Source of the DNA: Planctomycetota bacterium
Lineage (GTDB): Bacteria; Planctomycetota; UBA8108; SXIK01
Length of the DNA stretch: 64,000 bases
Direction of reading: 5' to 3'
NCBI GenBank assembly: GCA_965223845.1
Contig: CBDCXR010000004.1
Coordinates: 3,584,001 to 3,648,000, forward strand
The position numbers were made by a program, and so were the translations under genes. The notes under the pieces are model-generated. The model did no database searches and was not told the DNA's origin. It was given only the letters and a program-made list of their open reading frames with translations. Positions 47,583-57,410 of this stretch are shown piece by piece; the stretch's first letter is position 1, and every line of letters begins with the position of its first letter.

Positions 47583-50500
47583 TCAGATCGACCGGAGATA
47601 GGCGACGATGTCGCTCACCTCCGCGGGCGTCATCGAATCGAGGAGCCCGGTCGGCATCAGGGACGTCGAAAGCCTCTCGCGCGTTTCGATCTCGTCCGCC
47701 GACAGCCGGAGGAACCGACCGTCGCGGGTGAGAAAGAGAAGCGCCGCCGCCGAGTCGTAGATGTCTCGTCCTTCGACGACCTCACCGGTCGTGAGCGTCA
47801 GTCGCTCACTGCGGTACCGATCGGCGACCTGGCGATTCGGCAGTCCGATCGCGACGACGAGATCCTCCCGCGTGAACCTCTTCCCGATTCCCTTGAGGTC
47901 CGGGCCGAGCCGGACTCCTCGCCCGCCGACGTGGTGGCAACTCTGACAGGACTTCGCGACGAAAACGGCCATCCCGCGCGCGGCGTCGCCGTTCGCCCAC
48001 GGCGCCGAGCGCATCACCTCTCGCACTCGCTCCTCCGCCGAGCGAAATTCGCGGAGCGCGCGCGCGATGTCCCGTTCCCGCGCCGGAAGTCGATCGATCA
48101 GGCGTTGCGTCCAGTCCTCCACGTTCCCGGACTCGGGCGAACTCCCGCCGACGATCTGCCCGAGTCGCTGCTCGATCTTGAGGAGGAGCGGCTTTTGTGT
48201 GGCGTCGGCGGCGAGGCTCACGATCCAACCGAAGAGGACGAGAGCCTCTTCTTCGTCCCCGGGAGCGGTTCCCCCGAGCCGAATCAATCCCGAGACCGCG
48301 GGATCGGCGAGAAGTCGATCGCTCGATTCGAGCGCGTCTCGAAACACACCGCGATCTTCGCTCGTGGGATCGCGCGCGAGTCCGCGAAGCGCCACGGCCC
48401 GCACCGCCGGGTCGTCGACGACTTCAAGAAGCAAAGTGCGCGACACCGACGGATGCGCGCTGAGAAACGAGACGATCTGCCCCCGCGAGGCCGGGTCATC
48501 GGGAAGCGGTCGCGCAAGAAAGCGCTTCGCCGCGCGAGCCTGAGTCGAATCACTCAGGCTCGCTGCGATCGCAGCGTGGTCCGCGACGCCGAAGCGCGGG
48601 TCGTCGACGACGAGCTCCTCGATCTCCGGTCGGCCCGCGAAGAGCGAAGACGCGACGGCCGCGACGTAGCGATGCCAACGCTGGTCGCGGGCGACCCTCG
48701 ACGCGGCGACCTTCTCGGCGAGACCGACGAGGGCGGCGGCGGCGCGAGGAGCGACCGCCGCCGCACCCGGGAGGCGCGCGAGGTACGACAGCGTGAGGAG
48801 GTCTTCTCCCGGCGACGACTCGGCGTCGATTCGATCGAGCAAGGTGTGAGCGGCAGCCTCTCCGGAGATTTGGAGGAGGCCGAGAAGACGAACGGCCTGC
48901 GCGCTCGGCGCCGGCCGGCGCTTGCCCCCCGTGATCATGGGCGCGATCGATTCGATCTCCGCCGCAAAGGGAGCGAGGTTGACGCGGTCCCAACTCTCGT
49001 AGAACGTCGCGCTCGGATTCGGTCCGGCTTGCAGTCGCTCGAAGCAGAGCTCGACGAGCCGGAGCGCGTCGCGCGCGGCCTCCCGAGACAAGGAGGCGTC
49101 GAGCGCGCGCCGAGCGAAAGCGTAGGCGCCTCGGGGGAAGCGTCCCCACGGGCTCCGCCAGAGCTCAGCGAGTCCCGATGCGATAAGCTCCCGGTCGCGT
49201 CTCGCGTCCGGTCGGTCGGCGGACGGTATGTGAGAGAGTGCGACGGTCGCCGCGTAGCGAACTCGCCGTGAACTGTGGTTCGCCAGCGCGAGGATCTCCT
49301 TCGCGTGCCCCACGGGGCGGTGAACGACCGCTTCGAGTCGAAGTCGAAGGACGCGCGCATCGTCCTCGCCCGCCGGAGCGATGCGGGCGAGCGGTCGGCC
49401 GAGGCGACCACTCCACCAGGCGGCTTGCGCGCGGAGAGCGCGAGGCTGAGAATCCGCTGCGCGCTCGATCTTTTCGAGGAGTCGTCTCGCCGCGTCCCGG
49501 TGCCGCGCAGAGAGTAGGTCGAGAGCCCGGAGCCGCTCGGTCTCGGGTCGCCCGCGGTCCTCGATCGCCGCGACGTACACCTCGGGAGAGAGTTCGCGAG
49601 CGAGCGGCACCCACCGCGCGCGCGACCACGCGGACTCGGGCGCCGGTGCACGAAGAACGAGATCGATCGGAGAGCGACTCGACGTGTCGTCCGGCGCCGC
49701 GGTCGGGCTCGCGGCACCGACCTTCGGTTCGGCTCTGCTCGAGCGATACGCGATCCGGTACACCGACCCAACGAGCCCCCGTCCGCCCGACGAAACGACG
49801 AGGCTGCCGTCGGGTGCGATCTCGATGTCGGTCGGTCCGAACGGCGTCGCCGCTGAGCTCGAGGCGAAGGTTTCCCACTTCGATGAGAACGTCCCCTCGC
49901 GCTCCTCGAGCGGAAAAAAGAGCACGCGCCCGAACGTCCAATCGAGCGCGAACAACCCGCCTCGGTAGCGCTCGGGAAATGCGCGATGCGCGTACACCGC
50001 GACGCCCGTCGGCGATCCGCGTCCGACCTCCGCGACGGGAGGGACGGTGTCGACGGACTCGATCGGCAGCTTGCCCGATCCAGATGATCGCCAGCCGCAG
50101 TCGGCGCCGGGAGTGAGATGGTAGAGCCGACAGGGGCGATACCACGGTAGGCCCTCGTCGCGCTCGCCGTCCGAGTCCCAGGCGAAGATCTCGTTGCGGC
50201 GATCGAACGCGAAATCGTAGGCGTTCCGCATCCCCTGCGCGATCACTTCGACATCGCCGCTCTCCGGATTCAGGCGAAGCAGAAGCCCGGCGTAAGGCAG
50301 CATCACCGGCGATGAATCGAGGAGCGTTCGATCGCGCCCGAATCCCGCGTGATTGCCGACGATCCAGTAGAGGAATCCGTCCGGCCCGCGTCGAACGGCG
50401 TGAGAGTGGTGCTCGCCGCCCGTCTTCAGGCGATAGACGCTGCGCGGCGGTCCGTCGGCGCGTCCGTCGCCGTCCCGATCCTCGATGCGCTGGAGCCCTC

Positions 50501-50873
50501 CGCCGCCGACGAAGTAGAGACCGGAGGCATCGGCGAGGAGACCTTGGGCACCCTCCGACACACCGGTGAGGGTCTCGATCGCTCGGTCGGCGCGCCCGTC
50601 GCCGTCGTCGTCGACGAGCGTCCGGATGTATCCCGGCCCCGAAACGACGATCCGTCCCTTCGCGTCGAGAGTCATGCACTGAATGTCGTGCGCGAGCTCG
50701 TTTCCGGCCACGCGATGGATGACGAACCCGGGCGCGGCGAACTCGAACTCGAGCGGTGGCTCGACGGCGGCCGGGACCGGCGACGACTCGAAAGAGAAGA
50801 CGCGCGCAAAGAAAAGGACGCCCACGACCACCCACCCGGCGCGGACCGGGCGACGCCTCCTTGCTCGTAGCAC
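47583..50873 (-). CDS. PVC-type membrane-bound dehydrogenase-like beta-propeller + helical repeats + cytochrome c (CxxCH)
   Basis: DDDGDGRAD, GPDGFLY, GMRNAYD, GSPTG propeller motifs; CQSCH...GPDL...SLMPTGL. Confidence 0.88.
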   Translation of the reverse strand: MLRARRRRPVRAGWVVVGVLFFARVFSFESSPVPAAVEPPLEFEFAAPGFVIHRVAGNELAHDIQCMTLDAKGRIVVSGPGYIRTLVDDDGDGRADRAIETLTGVSEGAQGLLADASGLYFVGGGGLQRIEDRDGDGRADGPPRSVYRLKTGGEHHSHAVRRGPDGFLYWIVGNHAGFGRDRTLLDSSPVMLPYAGLLLRLNPESGDVEVIAQGMRNAYDFAFDRRNEIFAWDSDGERDEGLPWYRPCRLYHLTPGADCGWRSSGSGKLPIESVDTVPPVAEVGRGSPTGVAVYAHRAFPERYRGGLFALDWTFGRVLFFPLEEREGTFSSKWETFASSSAATPFGPTDIEIAPDGSLVVSSGGRGLVGSVYRIAYRSSRAEPKVGAASPTAAPDDTSSRSPIDLVLRAPAPESAWSRARWVPLARELSPEVYVAAIEDRGRPETERLRALDLLSARHRDAARRLLEKIERAADSQPRALRAQAAWWSGRLGRPLARIAPAGEDDARVLRLRLEAVVHRPVGHAKEILALANHSSRRVRYAATVALSHIPSADRPDARRDRELIASGLAELWRSPWGRFPRGAYAFARRALDASLSREAARDALRLVELCFERLQAGPNPSATFYESWDRVNLAPFAAEIESIAPMITGGKRRPAPSAQAVRLLGLLQISGEAAAHTLLDRIDAESSPGEDLLTLSYLARLPGAAAVAPRAAAALVGLAEKVAASRVARDQRWHRYVAAVASSLFAGRPEIEELVVDDPRFGVADHAAIAASLSDSTQARAAKRFLARPLPDDPASRGQIVSFLSAHPSVSRTLLLEVVDDPAVRAVALRGLARDPTSEDRGVFRDALESSDRLLADPAVSGLIRLGGTAPGDEEEALVLFGWIVSLAADATQKPLLLKIEQRLGQIVGGSSPESGNVEDWTQRLIDRLPARERDIARALREFRSAEERVREVMRSAPWANGDAARGMAVFVAKSCQSCHHVGGRGVRLGPDLKGIGKRFTREDLVVAIGLPNRQVADRYRSERLTLTTGEVVEGRDIYDSAAALLFLTRDGRFLRLSADEIETRERLSTSLMPTGLLDSMTPAEVSDIVAYLRSI

Positions 50874-51016
50874 GTTCGACTCTCCCCCTCTGGCTCGCCG
50901 AGGCGACGCCCGACGTATCCTCCGGCAGTGCGAGACGGAATCGCGACCGCGCGCAGGTTTCCGCTCGGTATCATGTCGGCCTCGAACATAGTACGGCTCT
51001 GAGGAGCGAGTTCTTC

Positions 51017-51610
51017 ATGCCTTTCCACCGCGTCTGCCTCTACTGCGGATCGAGCACCGGACACGATGAGCGTTACACCGCTGCCGCGAAGGCGCTCGCG
51101 GCGGAGCTCGCGCGCCGCGGCTGGGAGCTCGTGTACGGCGGCGGAAGCATCGGGCTCATGGGAGTCGCCGCCGACGTCGCGCTCGCGCGCGGAGTTCGGG
51201 TGACGGGCGTCATCACCGAAGAGCTCTGGGAGAAAGAGCTCGGGCACGAAGGGCTGAGCGAGAACATCATCGTCGCGAGCATGCACGAGCGGAAGCGGAC
51301 GATGTACGAGCTCTCCGACGGGTTCGTCGTCCTCCCCGGTGGCTACGGCACGCTCGACGAGTTCTTTGAGATGCTCACCTGGCTGCAGCTTCGCATTCAC
51401 GATCACCCGATCGGCGTCCTCAATATCGGCGGCTACTACGATCGCTTGCTCGCGTTTCTCGACCACGCCCACCGGGAAGGCTTCGTGAGCGCGGCAAACC
51501 GCGATCTCGTTCTCCCGCGGAGCGAAGTCGACTCCCTGCTCGACGCGATGGCAGATTGGGTTCGTGAGCGCGCCGACGGCACCAAGCCCGCTTCCGCCGA
51601 GGGCCGATGA
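51017..51610 (+). CDS. LOG-family nucleotide phosphoribohydrolase
   Basis: VYGGG..GLMG, MHERK, PGGYGTLDE. Confidence 0.93.
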   Translation: MPFHRVCLYCGSSTGHDERYTAAAKALAAELARRGWELVYGGGSIGLMGVAADVALARGVRVTGVITEELWEKELGHEGLSENIIVASMHERKRTMYELSDGFVVLPGGYGTLDEFFEMLTWLQLRIHDHPIGVLNIGGYYDRLLAFLDHAHREGFVSAANRDLVLPRSEVDSLLDAMADWVRERADGTKPASAEGR

Positions 51611-52641
51611 ACATCGCCGGACGCATCGAGGACATTCTGTCGGCTCGCCCCATCGGTGAGCAGGAGGGCGAAGCGCTCGGATCTTCGCGCGAGGGCCGAA
51701 CCTTGCGCGGGTTTCGCTTCGGGTCGGGCTCGATGCGCGTCAGTCTCCTCGGCGGCGCGCACGCCGACGAGCCGGTCGGCCCGCGTCTTCTTCGACACGC
51801 CTGTTCGTACTTCGGCTCGCTCTCTTCTCGCGACGAGCTGCTCTCGCGTTATTCATGGTGGATCGTCCCCCACATCAACCCCGACGGCGAAGCGCGGAAT
51901 CGCGAATGGTACGCCGACGAGGACGAGCGCTACAACTTCGCCCGCTATCTCAAGCACGTAGTCCGCGAGCTCCCGGGCGACGACATCGAGTTCGGCTTCC
52001 CGCGCCCCGGCGAGAACGATCCCAGCGCTCGCCCGGAAAACGCGGCGGTTCGGCGCTGGTGGGAGTCGGCGGGCGGACCGTTCGCCCTCCACGCGTCACT
52101 CCACGGGATGTCCGTCGCCGCAGGGCCCTGGTTTCTCATCGAGCCGGCCTGGGCGGATCGTGTCGAGTTGCTCAAGGAGCGCTGCCGAGAGGCCGTACGG
52201 GAGCTCGGCTACTCCCTTCACGACGTCGAACGCCACGGGGAGAAGGGATTCGTGCGTCTGGGTCGCGGATTCTGCACGCGACCGGACTCCGCGCGGATGC
52301 GCGAGCACTTTCTCGCGCTCGATGATCCGGCGACCGCGGGGCTCTTTCGGCCGAGCTCTATGGAAACGATTCGCTCGCTCGGCGGGGATCCCCTCACACT
52401 CGTGTCGGAGATGCCGCTCTTTCTTCTCCCCGGTGTGGGCGAGACGCTCGGCCCGCCCGATCCTGTCGCGGAGGAATGGCGCGCTAAGATCGACGCGTGG
52501 CGGCGCGACGCCGCGAGGGAGGACGAGAGTGATCGAGTGAACGAGGAAGCCGCGCGCGACGGTCTTCGCGCGATGCCGATCCGGGACCAAATGCGGCTTC
52601 AGTGGACGTTCGTCGCCGCGGGGATCGAGACGGCTCGGTAG
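51607..52641 (+). CDS. M14-family zinc carboxypeptidase-like protein
   Basis: HADE (HxxE), VPHINPDG, SLHG; ATGA overlap with the LOG gene. Confidence 0.75.
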   Translation: MNIAGRIEDILSARPIGEQEGEALGSSREGRTLRGFRFGSGSMRVSLLGGAHADEPVGPRLLRHACSYFGSLSSRDELLSRYSWWIVPHINPDGEARNREWYADEDERYNFARYLKHVVRELPGDDIEFGFPRPGENDPSARPENAAVRRWWESAGGPFALHASLHGMSVAAGPWFLIEPAWADRVELLKERCREAVRELGYSLHDVERHGEKGFVRLGRGFCTRPDSARMREHFLALDDPATAGLFRPSSMETIRSLGGDPLTLVSEMPLFLLPGVGETLGPPDPVAEEWRAKIDAWRRDAAREDESDRVNEEAARDGLRAMPIRDQMRLQWTFVAAGIETAR

Positions 52642-52740
52642 AGTCGTTCTTCCCGTTCCACGGTCACGGCCGACGAGATTCTCGGTGAACTGTCTTCCCC
52701 GATCCCCGTCGGATGACGACAACGTCGGCGAACGGAAGGG

Positions 52741-54435
52741 TTACGGACGACGCGGAGATCCATCCTGCCCTAGATCCAATACCGACAGTCCCTGCTCGTA
52801 GACGATGTCGACGGGAATCCCCGCCTCCGCGAGCCGCCCGAGGTCTCCCGCGAGCGTCTCGGTCATCGCGCCGTCCTCCTCCATCCAGGCCCGAACGCCA
52901 TCGCCGTCGCCGCGTCCCTGAAGAATGAGGATCTTCCGGGACAAGCTTTCGATCGCGGCGCGCATCGCCTCGGGCTCGACGCGGTACGTCCCGCTCGCGT
53001 CGTCGCGTGAGAACGCGTTCATGCGCCGGAAGAAGTTGAAGCGGAGAAGGTTCGCGCGCCCGTGTGCGCTCGACGCGCCGAAGCGGATCGAGCGGAAGAT
53101 CCCCGCGAGAAAAGTGACGTAATTGTCCATCAGGTCGCCGTCCGTGATCACCCCATCGCCGCGGAGACGCTCGACCATGTAAAGCCCGAGAACATCCGCC
53201 TTTCCTTCCTCGAGCGCCGAGGCCTCGGCCCCCAGGGCTTCGCGCACGGTTCCCTTCCCGTTGATCGTGTTCTTGATTCCGAGACCGTGGGCGACTTCGT
53301 GGAACATAGTGTTCCCGAAGAACGCCTCGAAGGAGATGTGCTTTCGCTGGTCGGGCGCGATGAGCATGTCCGCGAGCGGGACGAGGATGCGATCGAACTT
53401 CGCGCGCATGGAGTTCTTGAGCTGGAGCCGTCGCGTCCCCTTCTCGAGCTGGACGCGTTCGTCGTTCGGAAGATTGATCGCGATCGTCTTCGAGCCCGCG
53501 TTCGCGTCGCCACCGACGTAGACGACGTCGTACGCATTGAGATCGGAGTCGCGGCCCGGCGTCTCCGTCTTGAATTCGGGCGGCACCGGAAGCCCTTGCT
53601 GGAGACCGGGGAGATGCTGCGCGTAGACCGCAAGGCGTTCGCTCCACTCGACATCCTTCACGAGGACGAAGCACTCGGCGGCCGCCTTCATTCCGAAGAG
53701 ACGATCCTCGTAGGTTTCGATCGGACCCACGACGACGTCGAGGCGATTCGTCTTCATGTCCATCCACGCGAGATCGCTCTCGAGGTAGTCGCCCGAGAGA
53801 AGCGCGTCCGCCCGAAGCTTCAGATAGCGCTTGAGTCCGTCGTCCTCGGCGAGCTCGGCCGCCGCGCGGAGATTCGTTGCCGCGCGCGCCATCTCGTCGG
53901 CGTAGATCTCGTGGTAAGGGATCGCAAGGAGACGGCCGTCCGGTCGGCGGCGGATCACGGTGTACAGCGAACGAAAGGCTTCGTCGTCGTTTGGATTCTT
54001 CGCGAGATGCGCTTCGAACTCTTCGGCCGTCATATCGCGCGGGTAGAAGTTTGCGCCAAGGGGCTTCTCCCCCACGCCGTCTACCAACGGGCGATTGCCA
54101 TCGAGCCGATCCCACGGTCCGTAGTAGATCTCGCAGATCGGCAGCGCCGAGGCCGGCGTCGAGCGGATCAGCTCGCTCCGGTCGCCGTAGGCCTGTTGCC
54201 AGAAGATCGCATCCATCGCCTCAGCCGCCGCGATGAGAAGCGGAATCATGTTCCGCTCGGAGGCGGAGAGCGAGCTCAGGTCGGGCGCCAAGCGAACTCG
54301 GCTGAAGTCCCGCGCGCGGGCCGCGGGATCGAGCGGCGTCGAGCTTGTGGTCTGACAGGCCGGAACGACAACGAAAAGTCCGAGCGCTAGGACGAGCCAC
54401 CGCCCTCTCGCCGGAAGAGAGAATCGAGGAACCAT
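52741..54435 (-). CDS. Peptidase M49 / DPP III-like zinc hydrolase, probable lipoprotein
   Basis: GPWDRL, GPIETYED, AINLPND, HEVAHGLG, EEGKAD, FRSIRFG; VVPAC lipobox-like. Confidence 0.87.
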   Translation of the reverse strand: MVPRFSLPARGRWLVLALGLFVVVPACQTTSSTPLDPAARARDFSRVRLAPDLSSLSASERNMIPLLIAAAEAMDAIFWQQAYGDRSELIRSTPASALPICEIYYGPWDRLDGNRPLVDGVGEKPLGANFYPRDMTAEEFEAHLAKNPNDDEAFRSLYTVIRRRPDGRLLAIPYHEIYADEMARAATNLRAAAELAEDDGLKRYLKLRADALLSGDYLESDLAWMDMKTNRLDVVVGPIETYEDRLFGMKAAAECFVLVKDVEWSERLAVYAQHLPGLQQGLPVPPEFKTETPGRDSDLNAYDVVYVGGDANAGSKTIAINLPNDERVQLEKGTRRLQLKNSMRAKFDRILVPLADMLIAPDQRKHISFEAFFGNTMFHEVAHGLGIKNTINGKGTVREALGAEASALEEGKADVLGLYMVERLRGDGVITDGDLMDNYVTFLAGIFRSIRFGASSAHGRANLLRFNFFRRMNAFSRDDASGTYRVEPEAMRAAIESLSRKILILQGRGDGDGVRAWMEEDGAMTETLAGDLGRLAEAGIPVDIVYEQGLSVLDLGQDGSPRRP

Positions 54436-54565
54436 GTGCGACTTCTCCGCGCGGTTGGTGGAATGGGAGACTCAGAATACCCGCGGCGACTCAGTTTCCG
54501 AACTCCGCTCAACCTTCGGCGACGATCGTCCGATATCTCGAACGAAGACCACGACGGAGCTCACC

Positions 54566-55261
54566 ATGGATCCAGCTTGGTTCGGGAATCTTTTCGAAGT
54601 GTCCGGTCTGCCCCGCCCGGCGGCCTGGATCATCTGCACGTTCGTCTCGATGGGCTGCGGGGCGCTCGTCGGACTCGAGCGCGAGCACGCCGAAAAGCCG
54701 GCGGGACTCCGAACGCTCGTTCTCATCTGCGTCGGCTCGACGATCTTTACGTTCGTGTCGCAGCTCATGGCGACGGGACCGATGTCCGATCCGGCGCGGA
54801 TCTCCGCGCAGATCGTCTCCGGGATCGGCTTTCTCGGCGCCGGGGCCATCCTCCGCTACAACGGCACGGTCGTCGGCCTGACGACCGGCGCCGCGATTTG
54901 GACGGTCGCAGCCGTCGGAATGACCGTCGGGAGCGGTCACGCGTTCATCGGGATCGTGTTCACGATCGTGATCTTTCTCACCCTCACGGTGCTCGAGAGG
55001 TTCACCTGGGTCGCCGTCGGGAAGTGCGAGCACTGGGACGTCGAAGTCCGCTACCGCGACTCGACCGGGATCGTCCTCACCCGGATCGAGGACGTGCTCA
55101 ACGCCCACGCCATCGCGCCGCGGAAGATCGAGCTCCCGACGAGCGATCGGATCGAGGGCTGCGTCTCCGCGCGAGTCTGCCACTCACACCGCGAGCACCG
55201 TATCGTCCTTCGGCAACTGGCCGATGTCGAAGGTGTCGACGGAATCACCGTCGAGCGTTGA
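54566..55261 (+). CDS. MgtC/SapB family membrane protein
   Basis: GLERE..KPAGLRT, RISAQIVSGIGFLGAG, GLTTGAAIW. Confidence 0.92.
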   Translation: MDPAWFGNLFEVSGLPRPAAWIICTFVSMGCGALVGLEREHAEKPAGLRTLVLICVGSTIFTFVSQLMATGPMSDPARISAQIVSGIGFLGAGAILRYNGTVVGLTTGAAIWTVAAVGMTVGSGHAFIGIVFTIVIFLTLTVLERFTWVAVGKCEHWDVEVRYRDSTGIVLTRIEDVLNAHAIAPRKIELPTSDRIEGCVSARVCHSHREHRIVLRQLADVEGVDGITVER

Positions 55262-55350
55262 CGTTCCGAAGGTGCCGCCTAGTCCGAAACGCCCTTTCGC
55301 TCCCGCTCCCGTGGAGCGTGAGCATTCTCTCTACCGCGACGCCGACGCCC

Positions 55351-56244
55351 CTACTTGAGGAAGCCGGCGCTCGACATGAAGAGGCGCTCCCGCGCCGGCG
55401 CGCTGATCTCTTCGCGACTCTCGATCTCCGAGAGGTGAGCGGCACAGTACTCGCACTCGGCGGTCTCGAGGTGGAATGCGACGTAGTCCGTCCAATCGGC
55501 GTCGAGCACGCCGAGCGCGTAGGATCCGAGGGTCGTTCGCTTGATGCAGCTGAACATGTTCTCGCGCCAGACTCGCGTGACGAGCGCGCCCGCCTCGCCA
55601 TCGGCGAGCTCGCCGATCGCATCGCTTTTCGCGTGACGCCGGACCGAGCGATGGAGCTGCTCGATGAGCGACTTTCGCGTGCGCGACACCGTCGGCTCGC
55701 TGGTATCGGCGATCGCCGCGGCCTCCTGATTGCTGCGGCCGAGGGAGAAGATCACCTCGAGGATCTTGAGGTCGCGAAACCGCTTCTCGCTCTTTAGCCG
55801 CGCGAGGACTTCGTCGAGCGCACTCGCTAGGACGATCGCTCGGGCGTCTTTCGACTCCTCGCGCCGCGCGTACGAGCTGGGCGTACTTTCCGGCGACGCC
55901 ACGGGTAGACCGCCGCCCGATTCATGCGCGTCGAGCGATACCGCCCCGCGCATCGGCCCCCTCGCGCGCGCGAGATCGGCGATGCGACAGCGCAGGATCG
56001 TGAAGAGATACGCCTGGAGCGAGCGCACGCCGGCCAGACGGTCCATATTGCGGAGGAGCGAGAGAAACGTCTCCTGGACAGCGTCCTCCGGATCGAGACC
56101 GCTTCCCTGCAGTTTCCGCGCCGCGAACGCCTTCAGTCTCCCTCCGAAGCGATCGACGAGCTGCCGAAACGCATCGGACGATCCGCGCCGGATCTCGTCG
56201 AGGAGAAACCGATCCCCTTCTCCCTTGACGCTGTCTCCGCTCAT
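55351..56244 (-). CDS. ECF sigma factor with C-terminal zinc-finger anti-sigma-like extension
   Basis: Sigma2 (AFRQLVDRF...DPEDAVQETF...YLFTI), sigma4 HTH (SNQEAAAIADTSEPTV); tail SC...LGSYALGVL...HLETAECEYC. Confidence 0.88.
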   Translation of the reverse strand: MSGDSVKGEGDRFLLDEIRRGSSDAFRQLVDRFGGRLKAFAARKLQGSGLDPEDAVQETFLSLLRNMDRLAGVRSLQAYLFTILRCRIADLARARGPMRGAVSLDAHESGGGLPVASPESTPSSYARREESKDARAIVLASALDEVLARLKSEKRFRDLKILEVIFSLGRSNQEAAAIADTSEPTVSRTRKSLIEQLHRSVRRHAKSDAIGELADGEAGALVTRVWRENMFSCIKRTTLGSYALGVLDADWTDYVAFHLETAECEYCAAHLSEIESREEISAPARERLFMSSAGFLK

Positions 56245-57410
56245 GTCACTCCTGCGATTTGGACCACGGCGTAGATCACGCCCCAGCAGAGAACTCCGAC
56301 CAAAGCTCCCGAGACAAGACGGAGCGGTATCGCCCAGCGGCCGGTCCGGCTGGCGCCGATGAAGACAGCGACGAGGAAGGCCCCGAAGAGGGCGAGCACG
56401 GCGAGACCGGCGATCGCGAAGCCGAGCGGGCTCTCTCGTCGCCGAGAGATGCGCTCATGCCGTTCGAGGATGTCTCCGGCCGTTCGGCCGAGATCCGCGC
56501 TCTCCGCCGGGAGCCCCACCGCCGCGCGGTAGAGCCTTCCGCCGCCCGATCCAGACCACTCGAGGTGGACCTTCATCGGCCCCTCGTAGTCGTATCTCGC
56601 AATCGACTCGGCGATCGGCACCAGCGAGATGACATCGCGCTCCGGTTGAGCGCGCTTGAGCTCGAGAAGGCATCGAACCGCGAGCTTGTACGCCGCACGC
56701 TGTCGGGCTTCGTATTCGGCGGCCGCAACGCTGCGCGCAGGATCGGAGAATCCGTAGACGAAGCCGTCGGGCTCCGCCACCGTGCAAAATCGGGTTCCCG
56801 CGACGTCGATCGTTTCCTCGCCCTGCTCGAGCGCGGTGGGAAGCCAGGGCGGGATGGAAGTTTCCTCCGGGGGACGGAAGTTGAGCCGCGACGACGCCGC
56901 CCAGGCGCGCGCGTCCCACATCGCCGAAGAGTCGCCGCTCACGCTCGCGCGGAACACTTTGGCGCCCGGTCGCCGATCGATTTCGGTCTCGATGTCGGCC
57001 GAAGCGGCGTCGAGCACGAGCCGTGGACGCGGACCCGCGCGGTACTCGAGCACCTCGGCGCCACCCGGTGGACGATCGACGAAGAAGAGCGCAGCGACTC
57101 CGATCGCGACGAATGCGGCGACGGAGTATGGGCCCGGCCGAAATCGAAAGCACGCCCATGCGACGACCCCGATGGCGACGATGACGACGAAGACTAGGGT
57201 CATGCCCGGCACGGGAAGCGATTGCCGCCCAGCGGCTTCCGCCGGCACGTCGGTGGCCGATCGGAGGTAGAAGATCCCGATCGCAAGAACGACGCCGACT
57301 CCTCCCGCGATCTTCAAGATCGTCGAGCGCGTCGACGGCTTCGCGCGGACGAGAACGAAGACCCCGATCCCGACGAGGGCGAGGACGAAGTACACAAGCG
57401 GGATGTCCAT
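56241..57410 (-). CDS. Hypothetical membrane protein (4 TM - soluble domain - 2 TM)
   Basis: Hydrophobic segments at both ends; overlaps both neighbours (TAATG, ATGA). Confidence 0.75.
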   Translation of the reverse strand: MDIPLVYFVLALVGIGVFVLVRAKPSTRSTILKIAGGVGVVLAIGIFYLRSATDVPAEAAGRQSLPVPGMTLVFVVIVAIGVVAWACFRFRPGPYSVAAFVAIGVAALFFVDRPPGGAEVLEYRAGPRPRLVLDAASADIETEIDRRPGAKVFRASVSGDSSAMWDARAWAASSRLNFRPPEETSIPPWLPTALEQGEETIDVAGTRFCTVAEPDGFVYGFSDPARSVAAAEYEARQRAAYKLAVRCLLELKRAQPERDVISLVPIAESIARYDYEGPMKVHLEWSGSGGGRLYRAAVGLPAESADLGRTAGDILERHERISRRRESPLGFAIAGLAVLALFGAFLVAVFIGASRTGRWAIPLRLVSGALVGVLCWGVIYAVVQIAGVT

